A DNA stretch of 64,000 nucleotides from Geosiphon pyriformis uo1. Lineage: Eukaryota; Fungi; Glomeromycota. The stretch covers positions 514,459-578,458 of the forward strand of contig JAAOMT010000009.1 of assembly GCA_016748015.1 (NCBI GenBank), in the 5' to 3' direction. Each line of letters starts with the position of its first letter. Positions within the stretch are counted from its first letter, which is position 1. Position numbers and translations under genes: made by a program. The notes under the pieces are model-generated. The model did not search any database, had not been told where the DNA came from, and was given only the letters and a program-made list of their open reading frames with translations. Below, piece after piece: positions 23,301 through 36,123 of the stretch.

Positions 23301-25731
23301 ATAGAACATAAATTTATGTATATATAGCAATAGTATCAAAAGCTAGAAAATTAGTCAATTAGACTCAAAGTCAAGAAGACTAAGAGTCAATAGGACTTTT
23401 AGAGTCAATTAGACTCACAGATCATAATTATTAAATACCTTTTCTTTAAAAGATAGAATACTATAACTTGAAGTGAAATCACTTCCATATTAATGAAATT
23501 ATTCATTATCCTTAAATCCATGTTATTATCTACTACTTAACCTGCTGGCACAATAGTTTTTGATCACAGCTATTAACAGGACACATATTTCTTATTTTAT
23601 CTTCTTTATTTCTTTATTTTCTTTTATTTTCTTTATTTTATTTTCTTTGTTGTTTGTTAACTTGATTAAAAAGATTTACATGTGAAGGTACTGATATCAG
23701 GATATAGCACTGGTAAAAAACCTAGGAATAAGAGTAAACACTTAGATTTAAGAATAGCTTACCAGAAAATTGCCAGCCACCAAGCTGAGAAAGAAATTAG
23801 ATGGAATTGCAATTCTAAGAAGCTACTAAAACCACAACTGAATCTTTGTCCATTATACAAAAAACTCAACCCAAATCTTCAAATACAGTTAACTTTCAAA
23901 AACTAACATTATTATTATATTAATTAAGCATCAAGTTATGGGTTTGTTATTTGTTTTAAAACCCCAAATAATCACTTGTAACAATGGCTACAGTGATATA
24001 GTGATTTCCTTGGGATGTAATTGAGAAAAGTTCAATCAAATCAATCCCAATTCTATCAAATAGATTTCCAACTGGAATGGGTTGAAGTGGTTCTGTTAAT
24101 CTTGCTTCTTCTTTTTGCTGGCATGAGTTACAATTGAGCATGTATTTGAAAATGTCTTTGTACATTGTTGGCCAATAGTATAAATTTAATGTTTTTTCAA
24201 GGGTAATATCTTTGTTAAAGTGTCTTGTAGTTGAGTCAAAATACATACTATGTAATATAGTTTTCTTTTCATTGTTTTTTATAACTTATTGTGAGGTGAG
24301 ACAGTTTTGGTGTTCTCATTAATATAGTTGGTTGTCTTGAATAAAATAATTTCAGGCTTGTTTTTATATGGTACTTTGTTGCTGTTGAGATAATATCCCC
24401 TTGAAATATAGTGTAGATAGGTACTGATGTAGTCATTGATAAATAAGTGTGTTCATGGGTTTGGAATTAGGTTTGTGGCATCTTTGACAAACTGTCAGCA
24501 TTAGTATTCTTAGATCCTTTCTTGTAATGGACTTTGAATGGAAATTGTTGCAGATAAGTACTCCATCTTGAATATTTTTTTTTAGTTGTAAGTTATTAAG
24601 TAATCAGATAAGTCTCTTATAATCTGTATATAAGTTAAATGGTTGACTAAGATAATGTTTCCATATTTGTACTACCTAATAGATGGCAAGACATTCTAGA
24701 TCCATTGTACTGTAAATTTTCTTAGCTGGACTTGTGTTACAACTAGTATATGTAATTGAATGTTTCCTGTTATCTGGTCTTATTTGTGACAAAACAGCTT
24801 CTAATGCATTCTTTGAGATGTTTATAACGACAATAAAATGTTTAGTGAAATTGGAATAAATCAATATTGGAGATATAATCAGTCACTGCTTGAGATAGTC
24901 AAAGACTTTTTGTTAATCTTTCTTTCACAAGTATGGCACATATTTAGACAACAAGTGGTGAAAAAGTTTTGTGATAGTTAAAAACCCTTTGACAAATTAA
25001 TAGTAGTATTCTGCCAATTCAAAAAATTCTTATAACTCTTGAAAGTTAATTGGGACTGGAAAATTTTTAACTTTTTGGACCTTGTCTAAGTCAGGTTTAA
25101 CTCTGTCTTTATTGATCACATGTCCTAAGAATTTCAACTTGGTTTTCCCAAAGAAATATTTCTTAGAATTGAGTTTTAATTAGGTATTTTAAAGGCATTT
25201 GAAAACTTGTTGAAAGTGGAGCAGATGATTATCAAATGTTTTAGAAAATACATTTGTGTTGTCTAAGTAAACTATGACTGATTTTCAAAGAATTCTTTTG
25301 TACATGACATCCATAAGGCATTGGAATGTGGCAGGAGTATTGCAAAGTCCGAAAAACATTACATTAAACTCAAAGTTTCTATCTTAAGTGATAAATGCTG
25401 TTTTTTTTATCTTTGGGATTTATTTTAATCTGCCAATATCTACTGGTTAGATCTAATAATGAAAATCATTTCTTTTTTCCTAGATTGTTCAGAATTTCTT
25501 GGATGAGAAAAGTGGGGTAACTATTTCCTTGGATAACACTATTTAATTTTTAATAATCCACACAGAATTATACCTTTCCATTTTTTTTGGTGACCAGAAC
25601 TACTAAAGAGGACCAAGAGCTTAACAATTCCTTGATTAAGCCATTGTCAAGTATTTGTTGAACTTCTTGTTTGATAAGATTGTCACCAGATAAGAGTACT
25701 CAGTAAGTCCATTGTTTAATAGGTCAAACAT
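20334..25731 (-). mobile_element. Gypsy-2, 3' portion (3' LTR 20334-21371, ORF3, IN, RH, RT), inserted in the LINE B 3' UTR
   Basis: PPT AAAAAGAGAGAAATAA next to the LTR; IN GIDLI..YITVAVDYLIKW; RT FGLCNTPATFQ; truncated at 25731 by another LTR. Confidence 0.88.
23102..23983 (+). repeat. Solo LTR, family B, inside the Gypsy-2 integrase
   Basis: TGTTA...TGTAACA; TSD ACAG/ATGG (ancestral ACGG); integrase YITVAVDY is restored when the LTR is removed. Confidence 0.93.
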
Positions 25732-26167
25732 TGTTACAGATAATTATTTGGGGTCTCAAAGCAAATAACAAACCCATAACTTGGTGCTCAATTGATAGTT
25801 GATAATGGATGTTGATTTCTGAAGGTTTTGGTTGGTCTGAAGATTTGTTGTGGAGTTCTTTGTATAATAGACAGAAATTCAGTGGTAATTGTAGTAGTTT
25901 CTGGAATTGTAATTCTGTCCAATTTTTTTCTCAGCTTGGCAGCCAGATTTATTCTGATAGTTCTGCCCTTCTGGTAAGCTATCCATTAATATATATGTAA
26001 TTCTATTCTTATTTCTGGGTCTTTTACCAGGCTATCTTTGATATCAATAATTCAGTACTTAATCTTCAATCAATTAATATACAACAGAAATAACAAAAAG
26101 AAGAATAAAAGAAAAAATTAAAGAAGATAAAAAAATAAGCCAAGACAATTGTAAATTAGTATCCCAT
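25732..26167 (-). repeat. Partial family-B LTR, itself interrupted by Gypsy-4
   Basis: Begins TGTTACAGATAATTATTTGGGGTCTC and parallels 26168-26590, then breaks at the next TGTTACA. Confidence 0.85.
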
Positions 26168-29100
26168 TGTTACAGATGATTATTTGGGGTCTCAAATCAA
26201 ATAATAAATTCGTAACTTGGTGCTCAATATCTTGACAATACTGGTAATACTGGTACATTGGTTGTATCTGAAGATTTTAGAGTTGAGTCCTTTGTATAAT
26301 AGACAGAGATTCAATAACAATGTAGTTGGTTGGTGAGTTGTATTCCCAATTTTTGTTTTCAGCTTGGTGGCTGGTTTATTCTGACAGTCATGCCTTTTTA
26401 GTAAGTTATTCATTAATATATATATAATTTTACTCTTATTTCTGGGTCTTTTACCAGGCTATCTATGATGTCAATTACTCAGTGCTTTAATCCTTAATCA
26501 GTTAGTATATGATAGTAAAAATCAAAGAAAGAAATAAATAAAAAAAAATAAAGAAATGAGCCAAGGTAATGTGCACATTAGTATCTTATCAATAGCTGTG
26601 ATCAAGAGCTATTGTTCCAGCATAATTAGGTATCAATTACTATCAACATAAAGTGTTGATAGTGGAGAGTGAATTTGGATAGTGAATGATTTATTTATTT
26701 AATATTTGTGGATGGAAGATTTTTAACTAAAGAATTCTTATCTTTTTATTTCTAATGCTATCATTATATATACATAATTGATGTTCTATAAGATTGCTCA
26801 CATTCCTGGACAATGTGCTATGATTTTTTGAGCAATGCTCACATTGCTAAGTAATGTGCTCTAATTTTTTAACATCACTTTACATTGCTAAGCAATGTGC
26901 CATGTTTTCTGATATTGTTTTATATTGCTGAGAAATGTGCCATGATTTCTATTATTGCTCTACATTGCTGAACAATGTGCTCACATGTTACATACTATTT
27001 ACTTATTGGTCTACTATTCTCCCTATATCTGTTTTTTTTTATAAGTAACATTATTTCTTCCTTTTTAATATTGAGCTCTGTTGAAATTTTCATTCTGAAT
27101 TAGCTCTAATATTTCTTTTTCTAATATTGTTTGTTCAACTTTATTTTTCATGTCTTCTACTTATACATTGTTCATTCTTCCCTATTGGTTAATGGTTATG
27201 GTTTCTATGTCAGAGTATAATAGTATTTCTGGATAGTTTTGAAATATATTGTGCAGTTGGTAAATTGTTCTCACATGTAGTGTTGAGTTCGTTTTTTTCC
27301 CAATAAATTCTTCAATTTGCTGTATTATGTTTTGGTTAAATATCCTCTTGGATTTGTCGATATACAACTCTTAAATATTCAACTTTTAATTTAACTGGTA
27401 GTAATAGTATGATATTGGAAGTTGTTTTGTTTATTGCTTTCAATTTTTTTTTGTAAGTTCTTCTGTTGGTGCCATAATAAGTATTTTCTCAAAAGTTTTC
27501 TTTACTTTTTCTATTATTTTATCTGACCAGTTTTTATCATTCTTTGGTAACCACTAATATGGTGTATTTTTTGTCTTTTTTTGGTGTTTCAATAGCAAAT
27601 TGTTTGGTTGTTAATGATAATTTCCATGTCTAAAGATTGTTGACTTAAGGCCTGGAATAATTGTTAAGCTATAATGTAAATATGATCTGGTATTTCCATT
27701 TTTTTTCTTGGTTGCCTTTGTCATATATACTGTGTCTTTATATACTTTTTTATTGTTTGATTTTATGTGTTTGATCCAATGATTATGATTGGTTCCAGAT
27801 CTCGTAGAATCTTCTCTGGTTAAACTAGTATTTGTTGTACTCTCAATTGTGGAATGTTATTGGTAAATGATGATGCTATTTGGTAATATGGTTTCAGTCA
27901 ATCACTATGTGCTGCTTTGGTTAAGATTTTGTTGTCCCATCTTAATTTATAAGCTCCATTTCCAAGAATTTTTTTTATGTGAAATGGTCCATCCCATTTG
28001 GAGTCAAATTTTCCACTCCATTGTTTTTCCATTTTGGTATGATGTAGAAGTACTTTGTCTCCAATTTTGAATTCAATTGGTTTATCTGGTAATTGGTTAT
28101 CGTGTCGTTCTTTTTGCTTTTCTTGAGACTTTTGAATGTTATCAGCTGCTTTTTGTTGTCTGTTTTCTAGTGTTTTCATTAGGTCATATGTTCTTTTCAA
28201 CAATGTTTTTTGGAAATTAGCTTCTGTTATTGGTTCAGTTGGATATGTGTTGACCTCTATCTCAACTGATAATATTGCTGTTCTATCATATACTAATTCA
28301 AATGGTGTTGTTTGTGTAGTATTTTGTCTCATTGTTCAATAAGCAAATAATACTGATGGTATAAACAAATTCCATTCATCTTGGTTTTCTTGACTGATTT
28401 TGGCAATTGCTTCACACAATGTTCTATTGAATTTTTCAACTAGTCCATTGGTTTGTGGATGATATAATAATGATAATAGTCTTTTTATCCCAAATCTCTG
28501 ACTTAATTCTGTTAATGTTTTATTCACAAAATGAGTTCCTTGATTTGTTAGTAGTTTTTTTGGACATCTGTGTTGACATATTAAATCTTAATAGACAAAT
28601 TTGGCAATGGATTCTGTATTTGCTCTTTGAATGGCTTTGCTTCTGGCCATTTTGTGAGATAGTCCATAGCTACTGCAATATATCTGCTGTCTTTACTGGT
28701 AATTGTTAATAGTCTGATTAACTCAATTTCAATGTAATCAAATAGTTGTCCTACTTTAATTGGTCTTAATGGTTCACTGAGTTTTGTTCCACTTTTTCTT
28801 TGACAAGCATCATAACTTTGAACATATTAGATAATGTCTGGATATATTGATGGCCAATAGTATCTTTTTCTGGTTCTTTCTATGGTTGCTTTTTTATGAA
28901 AATATCCTGCTGTTAGATTTAAGTACATTTTAAACAATATTGTTTCTTTTTCTGATTCTGTAATTACTCTGGTTGGTTGGTCTGGATTTCTTCTGTTTTT
29001 TCAGTAAAGTATATTTTGATGATTGATGAAATATTTTGATTACTGTTTTATGTTGTTTGGTTTTTTTTGAGATAATTTCTCCTTAAATAATTGAGTATTT

Positions 29101-32100
29101 ATATAATGCTGGAGTTGTTGGTATTTTTGTGTGTTCATTTTTTGTTATATTTTTGGGTTAAAATGTTTTTAGATTTGTCTTATTCGTGACAATTCATTGG
29201 TATTTCCATTGTTTTTTCCCTTTTTATAATGTACTGTATAATTGAATGGTGAAAGTTCTATTTTCCATCTGGCATGATGATCATCTACAAATTTTTGTTT
29301 CTGAATTGAAGTCAATTCTTTGTGATCTATATATATTTTAAATTTTTGGCTCAAGTATTCTTTTCATTTGATGACAGCCCAATAGATTGCTAAGTGTTCC
29401 AGTACTGGAGTTCCATAGTTTTTTTCAGCTGGACTTAAACTTCTACTGGCATAAGTTACTAAATACTCTTTTCCATTGGGTTCTTTCTGTGATAATATTG
29501 TTCCTAATGTTTGACCTGATGCATTAGTAGTAATAATAAATGGTTTGTTGTGATCTGAATACATCAATACTGGAGCTTGGATAAGCTTTTTTCTCAATGT
29601 GTCGAATGTTTCTTGTTGAACTTCAATCCATTTATACTTCACATTCTTGGTTTGTAGATGGTGAAGTGGCTGAGCTAGTTTAGAAAAGTCCTTGATGAAG
29701 TGGCAATAGTAGCCTGCAAATCCCAAAAATGCCCTAGTTCTGGCAAGTTGGCTAGTACTAAAAAGTTTTTAACTACTTCAATTTTGTCTAGATCTGTTTT
29801 GATTCCGTTTTTGCTCATCACATGTCCCAAAAACTTGAGTTTAGTTTTTCCAAAAAAACATTTGGTTGTATTTAGTTTCAATCCAGCTCTTCTTAATCTT
29901 TCAAATACTTGTTGAAGATGATGCAAATAATCATCAAATGTTTTTGAGAACACATTGGTGTTATCCAAGTATATGACTACTGATTTCTATAGTAATCCAG
30001 TATAGACAATTTCTATGAGCCATTGAAATATTGCTGAAGCATTCATCAAGCCAAATGGCATGACTTCAAACTCAAAATTTTCTTCTTTTGTGGTAAATGC
30101 TGTTTTTTTTTTGTCAGCTGGATCTATGGCTACTTGTCAGTAACCACTATCTAAGTCCAGTGTTGAAAACCATTTATTTCCTCCAAAAGCGTCGAATAGT
30201 TTTTGGATCTTTGGAGTTGGATAGCTATCATCTTTTGTTACTTCATTCAGTTTCTAGTAGTCTACACAAAAACGGATTTTTCTATTCTTCTTATGGACTA
30301 GTACTACTGGTAATGACCATGGACTCATTGATGACTGAATTAGCCTGTTGTCAAGCATCTGGTTGATTTCTTAACAAATAATCTCATGGCTAGCTGGTGG
30401 TACTCTGTATGCTCTTTGTTTAATTGGCATTGCATCTCCAGTCTTGATCTGATGCCAGATAATGTTGGTTTGGCCAAATTTATTTTCACTAGCAAAGATG
30501 TCATTGAAATTGTTGAGTAACATCTTAAGTTGCATCCATTGAAGTGGATTTAGATTCTCTATGTTCATCTGTTCTAATTGTTCTAGTTGGAGCAGATAAC
30601 ATTCACTTTATTCATAAATGATTTGTGATGTAATGTCCACATATCTGCAAAGCTGTGGAAAATCTGGAATGTGATTTAGTGGTTGATCCTCAATTTCAAT
30701 GGTCAAATATCCAATAATAGTTCTCTTTAGTATTTTAATGACACTTCCAGTTGTGTTGTAGATGGGAATTTTGATGTTTTTGGGGCTTTTGGCTGATATG
30801 TAAAGATTAGTGAATCTAATTTCTCCTGATTCACAAATGATAGCTTCTGCTTCAAACAACTGAGCCTGATTCTTTATTTCTCTTTTTATAAATAACATAT
30901 ACTGGTTATATGGTGGAATGGAAATTGATTGATAAGTTGAAATAATTTCTTCTTTGTCAATAACTTTTTCCTCCACTATATTAACTGGTATGTCTATTCT
31001 ATCTGTTGATCTGAATCTCTGTATTTCTATAGCAGTAATTTTTAATTCTTCTCTGTTTTCCACTGACACTAATTAAGCTATTTTTACCAGAGATAGGAAT
31101 ATTGCTTGTGTTATTTTTTCATTTGGCTCTATGATATAGGCCTTTTCAAAGTTATTTTGTAGCATAGCAATAATATTTTCTACATATCCTGCATCAATTA
31201 TTTCTCATTTGATGTTGATTCTTTTTTTCACTAGGCTATTTCTAGATGCTAATTGAACCATGATTGTTGCTGGAATTTCTAGAGCTATTTTAAGATTAAT
31301 ACATGTGCACGAATTTGGTTCCAATTTGATGGCTTTTTTTTTCAGATATCTCAGATCAAACTCTGTATTGGTATTATGTATGCATTCTGGCATGATACCT
31401 TTATTATTGTCACTATACCATTTGAGTTTCTGCTCCTTAGATAGATCAGGAAGCACAATATATATTTCGGAGTTTGAATTGGAGTCTGAATTGCTGATAT
31501 TTTCATTGCCATTTTGAGTGGAGCTGGAACCATTATTTTTATTATTGTCATTGTCAGAGTTTGAATTGGGATTGAAAATTGATTCTGATTCTGATACACA
31601 GTTGCTGATTGGTTTTTTTTCCTCTAAGATTGTGTAGATCATGCGTGGTGGTAGATTGTAAATAAGATCACACTCATTACAATATTGAAAGTCACATAGA
31701 ATCAAACAGTGATCACATAGTTGAGTGTTGATTTCTTCCAAGCATTGCTTCTGCTCTTCTTTCATAGGTGCTAGCTCTTGATAATATTCATGGAATTGTT
31801 TTGAATCTAAGAGATTTATAATTGGTTCTGGGTTTCAGTTGAGTTCTATAGGTTCAGATGGGTTATTTTTAATTGTTTTTATCTCTTCTGGTGTTGCTCC
31901 TTTAATTTTTGTGAGTGCCATTTGCCAGATTTTATCATTATCATGTGGACATCCATCCAGATGTTTGATGGCTCATCTCTAGGCAGTGTCTATGGGCATT
32001 CTTTTTCTCACCCAGTTGCTTATGAGAATTGTGTATTAACATGATTTATCACATGTTCCTCTTTGCCCAGGAATGTTGTTTCATATTCCTTCATCCAGAA

Positions 32101-33929
32101 GAGTTTCTTTACAAGCCAAACATGATTCATTGTCCCATTTTCCAACCCATTTTGGCCTTCCAAAGTGTTCAATGACGCATGAGTGGCAATAGAATTTTGT
32201 TGCCAAAGTGTACTCTTCATTGTCACCACAACAAGCACCCATTAATGACAATTTCTTGTTGCAATCAATGCAAACCAGTTTTGGGCGGCGATAAGTGGAT
32301 CAGTAGGGTGTAGTGTAGGAATTATAAGTGGAGTTGCTGTCAGTTGTTGGTTCTTCTTCCTTTCTCTTTCTTTTTCTCTTTTTGTCTTCTTTCTATTCCC
32401 AATTTATTTGTTCTTCCTAGTCATTGTTAGTTTTCCAGGCTTGGTTGGCTTTTTAGGTAAGTTCTTTACTCTGCTTTCCTTTGCTGTGTTCATTCCACAA
32501 AAGCACTGGTGACAGCTTGTTGTGTTCAGTATCAGTCCATGAAACTTGGTAGGCTTCTCAGGTAGGTTTTTTCTCTTTTTCTTCGAATTCAATAAGTGGG
32601 ATTGTCAAGTTGGTGGTCTTAAAATGGCCATATGTGGCTGGTACACGTATATGTCAACCATTCTGGCTAATTTGAAGCTCCTGCATATTCCAATCAAGCA
32701 ACATGTTGGTTTTGGATAGCCAATCATTCTCAACGAGTGCTTGATATTGGGTAGCTTCCATGACCAGTACTTTGATTAAGACTATGATACCATTAACTTT
32801 GATGGGAAAGTTGTTGATCTCACCAATGAGAGTTTTTGTTGCTCTATTGGTGGTTATGATCCTGGCACTGACAGCACGATCAACTCGGTAACTTAATTGG
32901 TCTATAAGTTGTTTTGTAATAATGCTGCCAGCTGATCTACTGTTTAGGATTAGTTTAATAGAATAGTCATCAACTTTGGCATTAGTATACATGGCCAAAA
33001 TAGGTTTTTCTTCTAAAGCGGCTCCACTAAATAATGGTGTGGTCAACAGTTCTTCAAGTTTAAACAGAAAGATGGTGTCCAGTGATTTGTTCTCAGTGAT
33101 GGTAGCTGGCGGAATGTTGCTGGTAAGTGTTGGTTGTTGGTTGGTCTCTAAATTATTGGGTTGGACATCTTCTGTGGTAACCAGAAGACTTAAATAGTTC
33201 TGGAAATTTGGGTTTTGGGCATACCTGGTGCCTGAATTCTATTGTTGAGATTTTACTGGTTGTATGGAAGAACTGAAGATCAATTGGTGAACTACCATCA
33301 ATGATCTTCAGCTTTGTTGGGTCAATCTTGGCCTTTGGGTTCTGTTTTGAAATAAGTTCTGTGGCAGTATTTGAATTTGTTGGGGCTGATAAATTACTTA
33401 AGACTGCAGCTAATAAATGGGTTGTAACTGCAGCTGATAAATTGTTAGTGTTGTCAGTTGATAAATTGGCACTTGATATACTGGTGGATGATAAAGTGGC
33501 TGCTGTGTTATAGGTATGTAATTCTGATGATATGGCTCTGAATTTGGTAGGTTATTCAGACTTTGAAACTGGCGATTGAGGTTTCAATATTGATTTCTTG
33601 ATCATTGGTTATTTAAGCAATAGTGGCAATTGATTTATAGGTGTCCTTGTTTACCACAATAGTGGCAAATATGTATTTCTTGTTGCCACTATTGATTAGT
33701 TGACAATGATAGACACGACTGATTCTAGAAACAATTTGTGTTTCCAGAATTATTGTATTGTTGTGGTGGTTGATAAATTGCATGATTGTTAGCTAAGTAT
33801 CTCTCTAATTTCAGATTGATAGAATCACTAAATTGTTTCAATTTGGAATCTAATTCAGATGATCTATTCATTACTAAATTAATGGCTTGGACGTGGTTAG
33901 CTTCGAGTTCAGCAGCTTTAAAATTTCAG

Positions 33930-35660
33930 GCTTATAAATTAAGATGAGACAATAAAATTTTAACCAAAGCAGTACATGGTAATTAACTAAAACCATATTA
34001 CAATATAGTATTATCATTTACCAATAATATTCCACAATTGGAAGTATAACAAATACTAGTCCAACCAGATAAAATTTCATAAAACTGAGAACCAATCATA
34101 ATTATTAAACCAAATACATCAAATTGAGACTTTAAATGTTATATAAAAAATCAGCATATGACAAAAAATACCAGAAAAATAGAAATTATTGACAATATTC
34201 ACTTACTAACACAACAATTTTTTCAATTAATTCAACTACAGAATATGGAAATTACTATCAACCAACAAACTATTTGATACAGAGATACCAAAAAGATACT
34301 CCAATACAAAATACAGAAAAAACCAGAAAATACCATCGACAAAATGATTTTAAAAATAAAATTGGCAATAGAAGAGCCAATAAAAGTCACCCCATATCAA
34401 AAATTGACTAAAAAAACTTGGAATGGGTGAATATAAGAATTTCCAAAGAACTTTTATTATTTCCACTTGGGACAATACCTGAATATCCAGAACTTATATA
34501 TAGATAAGTCAAAGTGATTATTTGATCTAAAGATATTATAACAACTTGAGCAATTTGTAAGAAAGAACAATCTAACCACACAAGCATGAGTCATCTATTA
34601 ATTACAAATTCGATTTTAAGACTGACTAGAAATTTTACTTAGTCCAACAATAGACACTATTACCATTAACCAAATGAGAAAAATAACCAATATTCAATTT
34701 GAAGAATTACAGAACAAAATAACACAAGTAATTCTTGAAAAAAAAGTTCAAAAATAAAGAGTTAGAATTAGAAGATCTTGATGGAGCTCAATATTAAAAA
34801 GAAGAAAATAATGTTATTTATAGAATATAGAAAGTATATTATCATATAAATTAACCAATCAGAAGTAGACATAGTAAATATGGAATTCCAGAATTTTTTT
34901 CAAAGAATTACAGGATTCCAAGAATTTCAGGATTCTTATACAAGGAATTACAGGATTCCAAAATTCCAGGATTCCTCTCAAAGAAATTGCAGAATTTCAG
35001 GAATTTTAAAATTCTTGGTGTAAAAAATTGAGAAATTGAGAAATCTTGATTATGTATATATAGTGGTAGTATTAGAAGTAGAAAAAACAAATTTGTTAGT
35101 TTAGATTTTATCTAAACAATCTTTTAAATCATAAATATTAATAAATAATTATTTACTATTTCAATTTACTATTCACTATTAACACTTTATGTTGATAGCT
35201 ATTGATACTTAACCATGCTAAAACAATAACTTTTAATTACAACTATTGATGGAATACTAACTTAATTGCCTTGACTTATTTCTTTATTTTTGTTTTTTTT
35301 CTTTTCTTTTTTTATTTTGTTATTTTTTGTTGTTGACTAATTAATTAAAGATTAAGCACTAAGATACAAACATCATAGGGACTGGTAAAAGACCTGTGAA
35401 ACAAGAGTAGAGAACTTATATATTTGAGAATAGCTTACCAGGAGGATTACTGGCTACCATGCTAAGAAAAAAATTTGATAGAATTGTAATTCCAAGAGGC
35501 TACTAAAACAATAATTAAATCTCTGTTTATTATATAAAGGATTCAACCAAAACTTTTAGATACCAACAATTTACAAATATTACCAATATCATCAAAATGA
35601 ATTAACACCAAGTTATGAGTTTGTTATTTGATTTGAGACCCCAAATAATTACTTGTAATA
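33930..35660 (+). mobile_element. 3' fragment of Gypsy-5 (IN tail, ORF3, PPT, 3' LTR 34812-35660) inserted in the Gypsy-4 gag
   Basis: AYKLR*DNKILTKAVHG on the + strand; PPT AAAAAGAAGAAAATAA then TGTTA; gag (QILNQFIHG) resumes at 35661. Confidence 0.88.
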
Positions 35661-36084
35661 CCATGAATGAACTGGTTTAAAATCTGTGGTGCTGTAAAAT
35701 AATTTGTATCAATTGCTTGTATTTGGTGCAGATTTCTATGAAAACATTCTAGATAAGTCGTAACTGCTTTAGTATCTCTTTGTTTGATAATTGTAAAAGT
35801 ATTTGCTAAGTAATTAATACTATTATTATTATTAAAATATCTTAAAAATTCCAGTTTGAATACATTGAAGTTTTGGGTTTTTGGTTCAAGCTTTAATATT
35901 ATAAGTCGACAATATCTTGAAAAAAATATGAAATTGCCTATAATGCTTTGGCATTGTCCTATTTATTGGCTACAATGGCTTTTTCCATATTATTAAGCCA
36001 AACTTGCATATTGTTCTCTTTACTGGTAAATTTTTTGAGTTTTGTAATTGGTATATAGGCCATTGATGCAAATAATAGTTGTGG

Positions 36085-36123
36085 TTGTTGTTGTTAAAGT
36101 TGTTGTTGTTGTTGTTGTTGTTG
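36085..36123. repeat. (TTG)n microsatellite encoding gag poly-Gln
   Basis: Direct repeats visible; reads as CAA codons in the minus-strand gag frame. Confidence 0.8.

Noticed and set aside
26795-26985. CRISPR-like array of palindromic repeats with spacers
   Set aside because: The spacers resemble each other, the array lies inside an LTR, there are no cas genes and the context is eukaryotic
26164-35664. CCAT on both sides, suggesting one element with inverted LTRs (DIRS- or TIR-like)
   Set aside because: Sequence after 35660 continues the Gypsy-4 gag rather than the interrupted LTR; the 4-bp match is best explained as coincidence; no tyrosine recombinase seen
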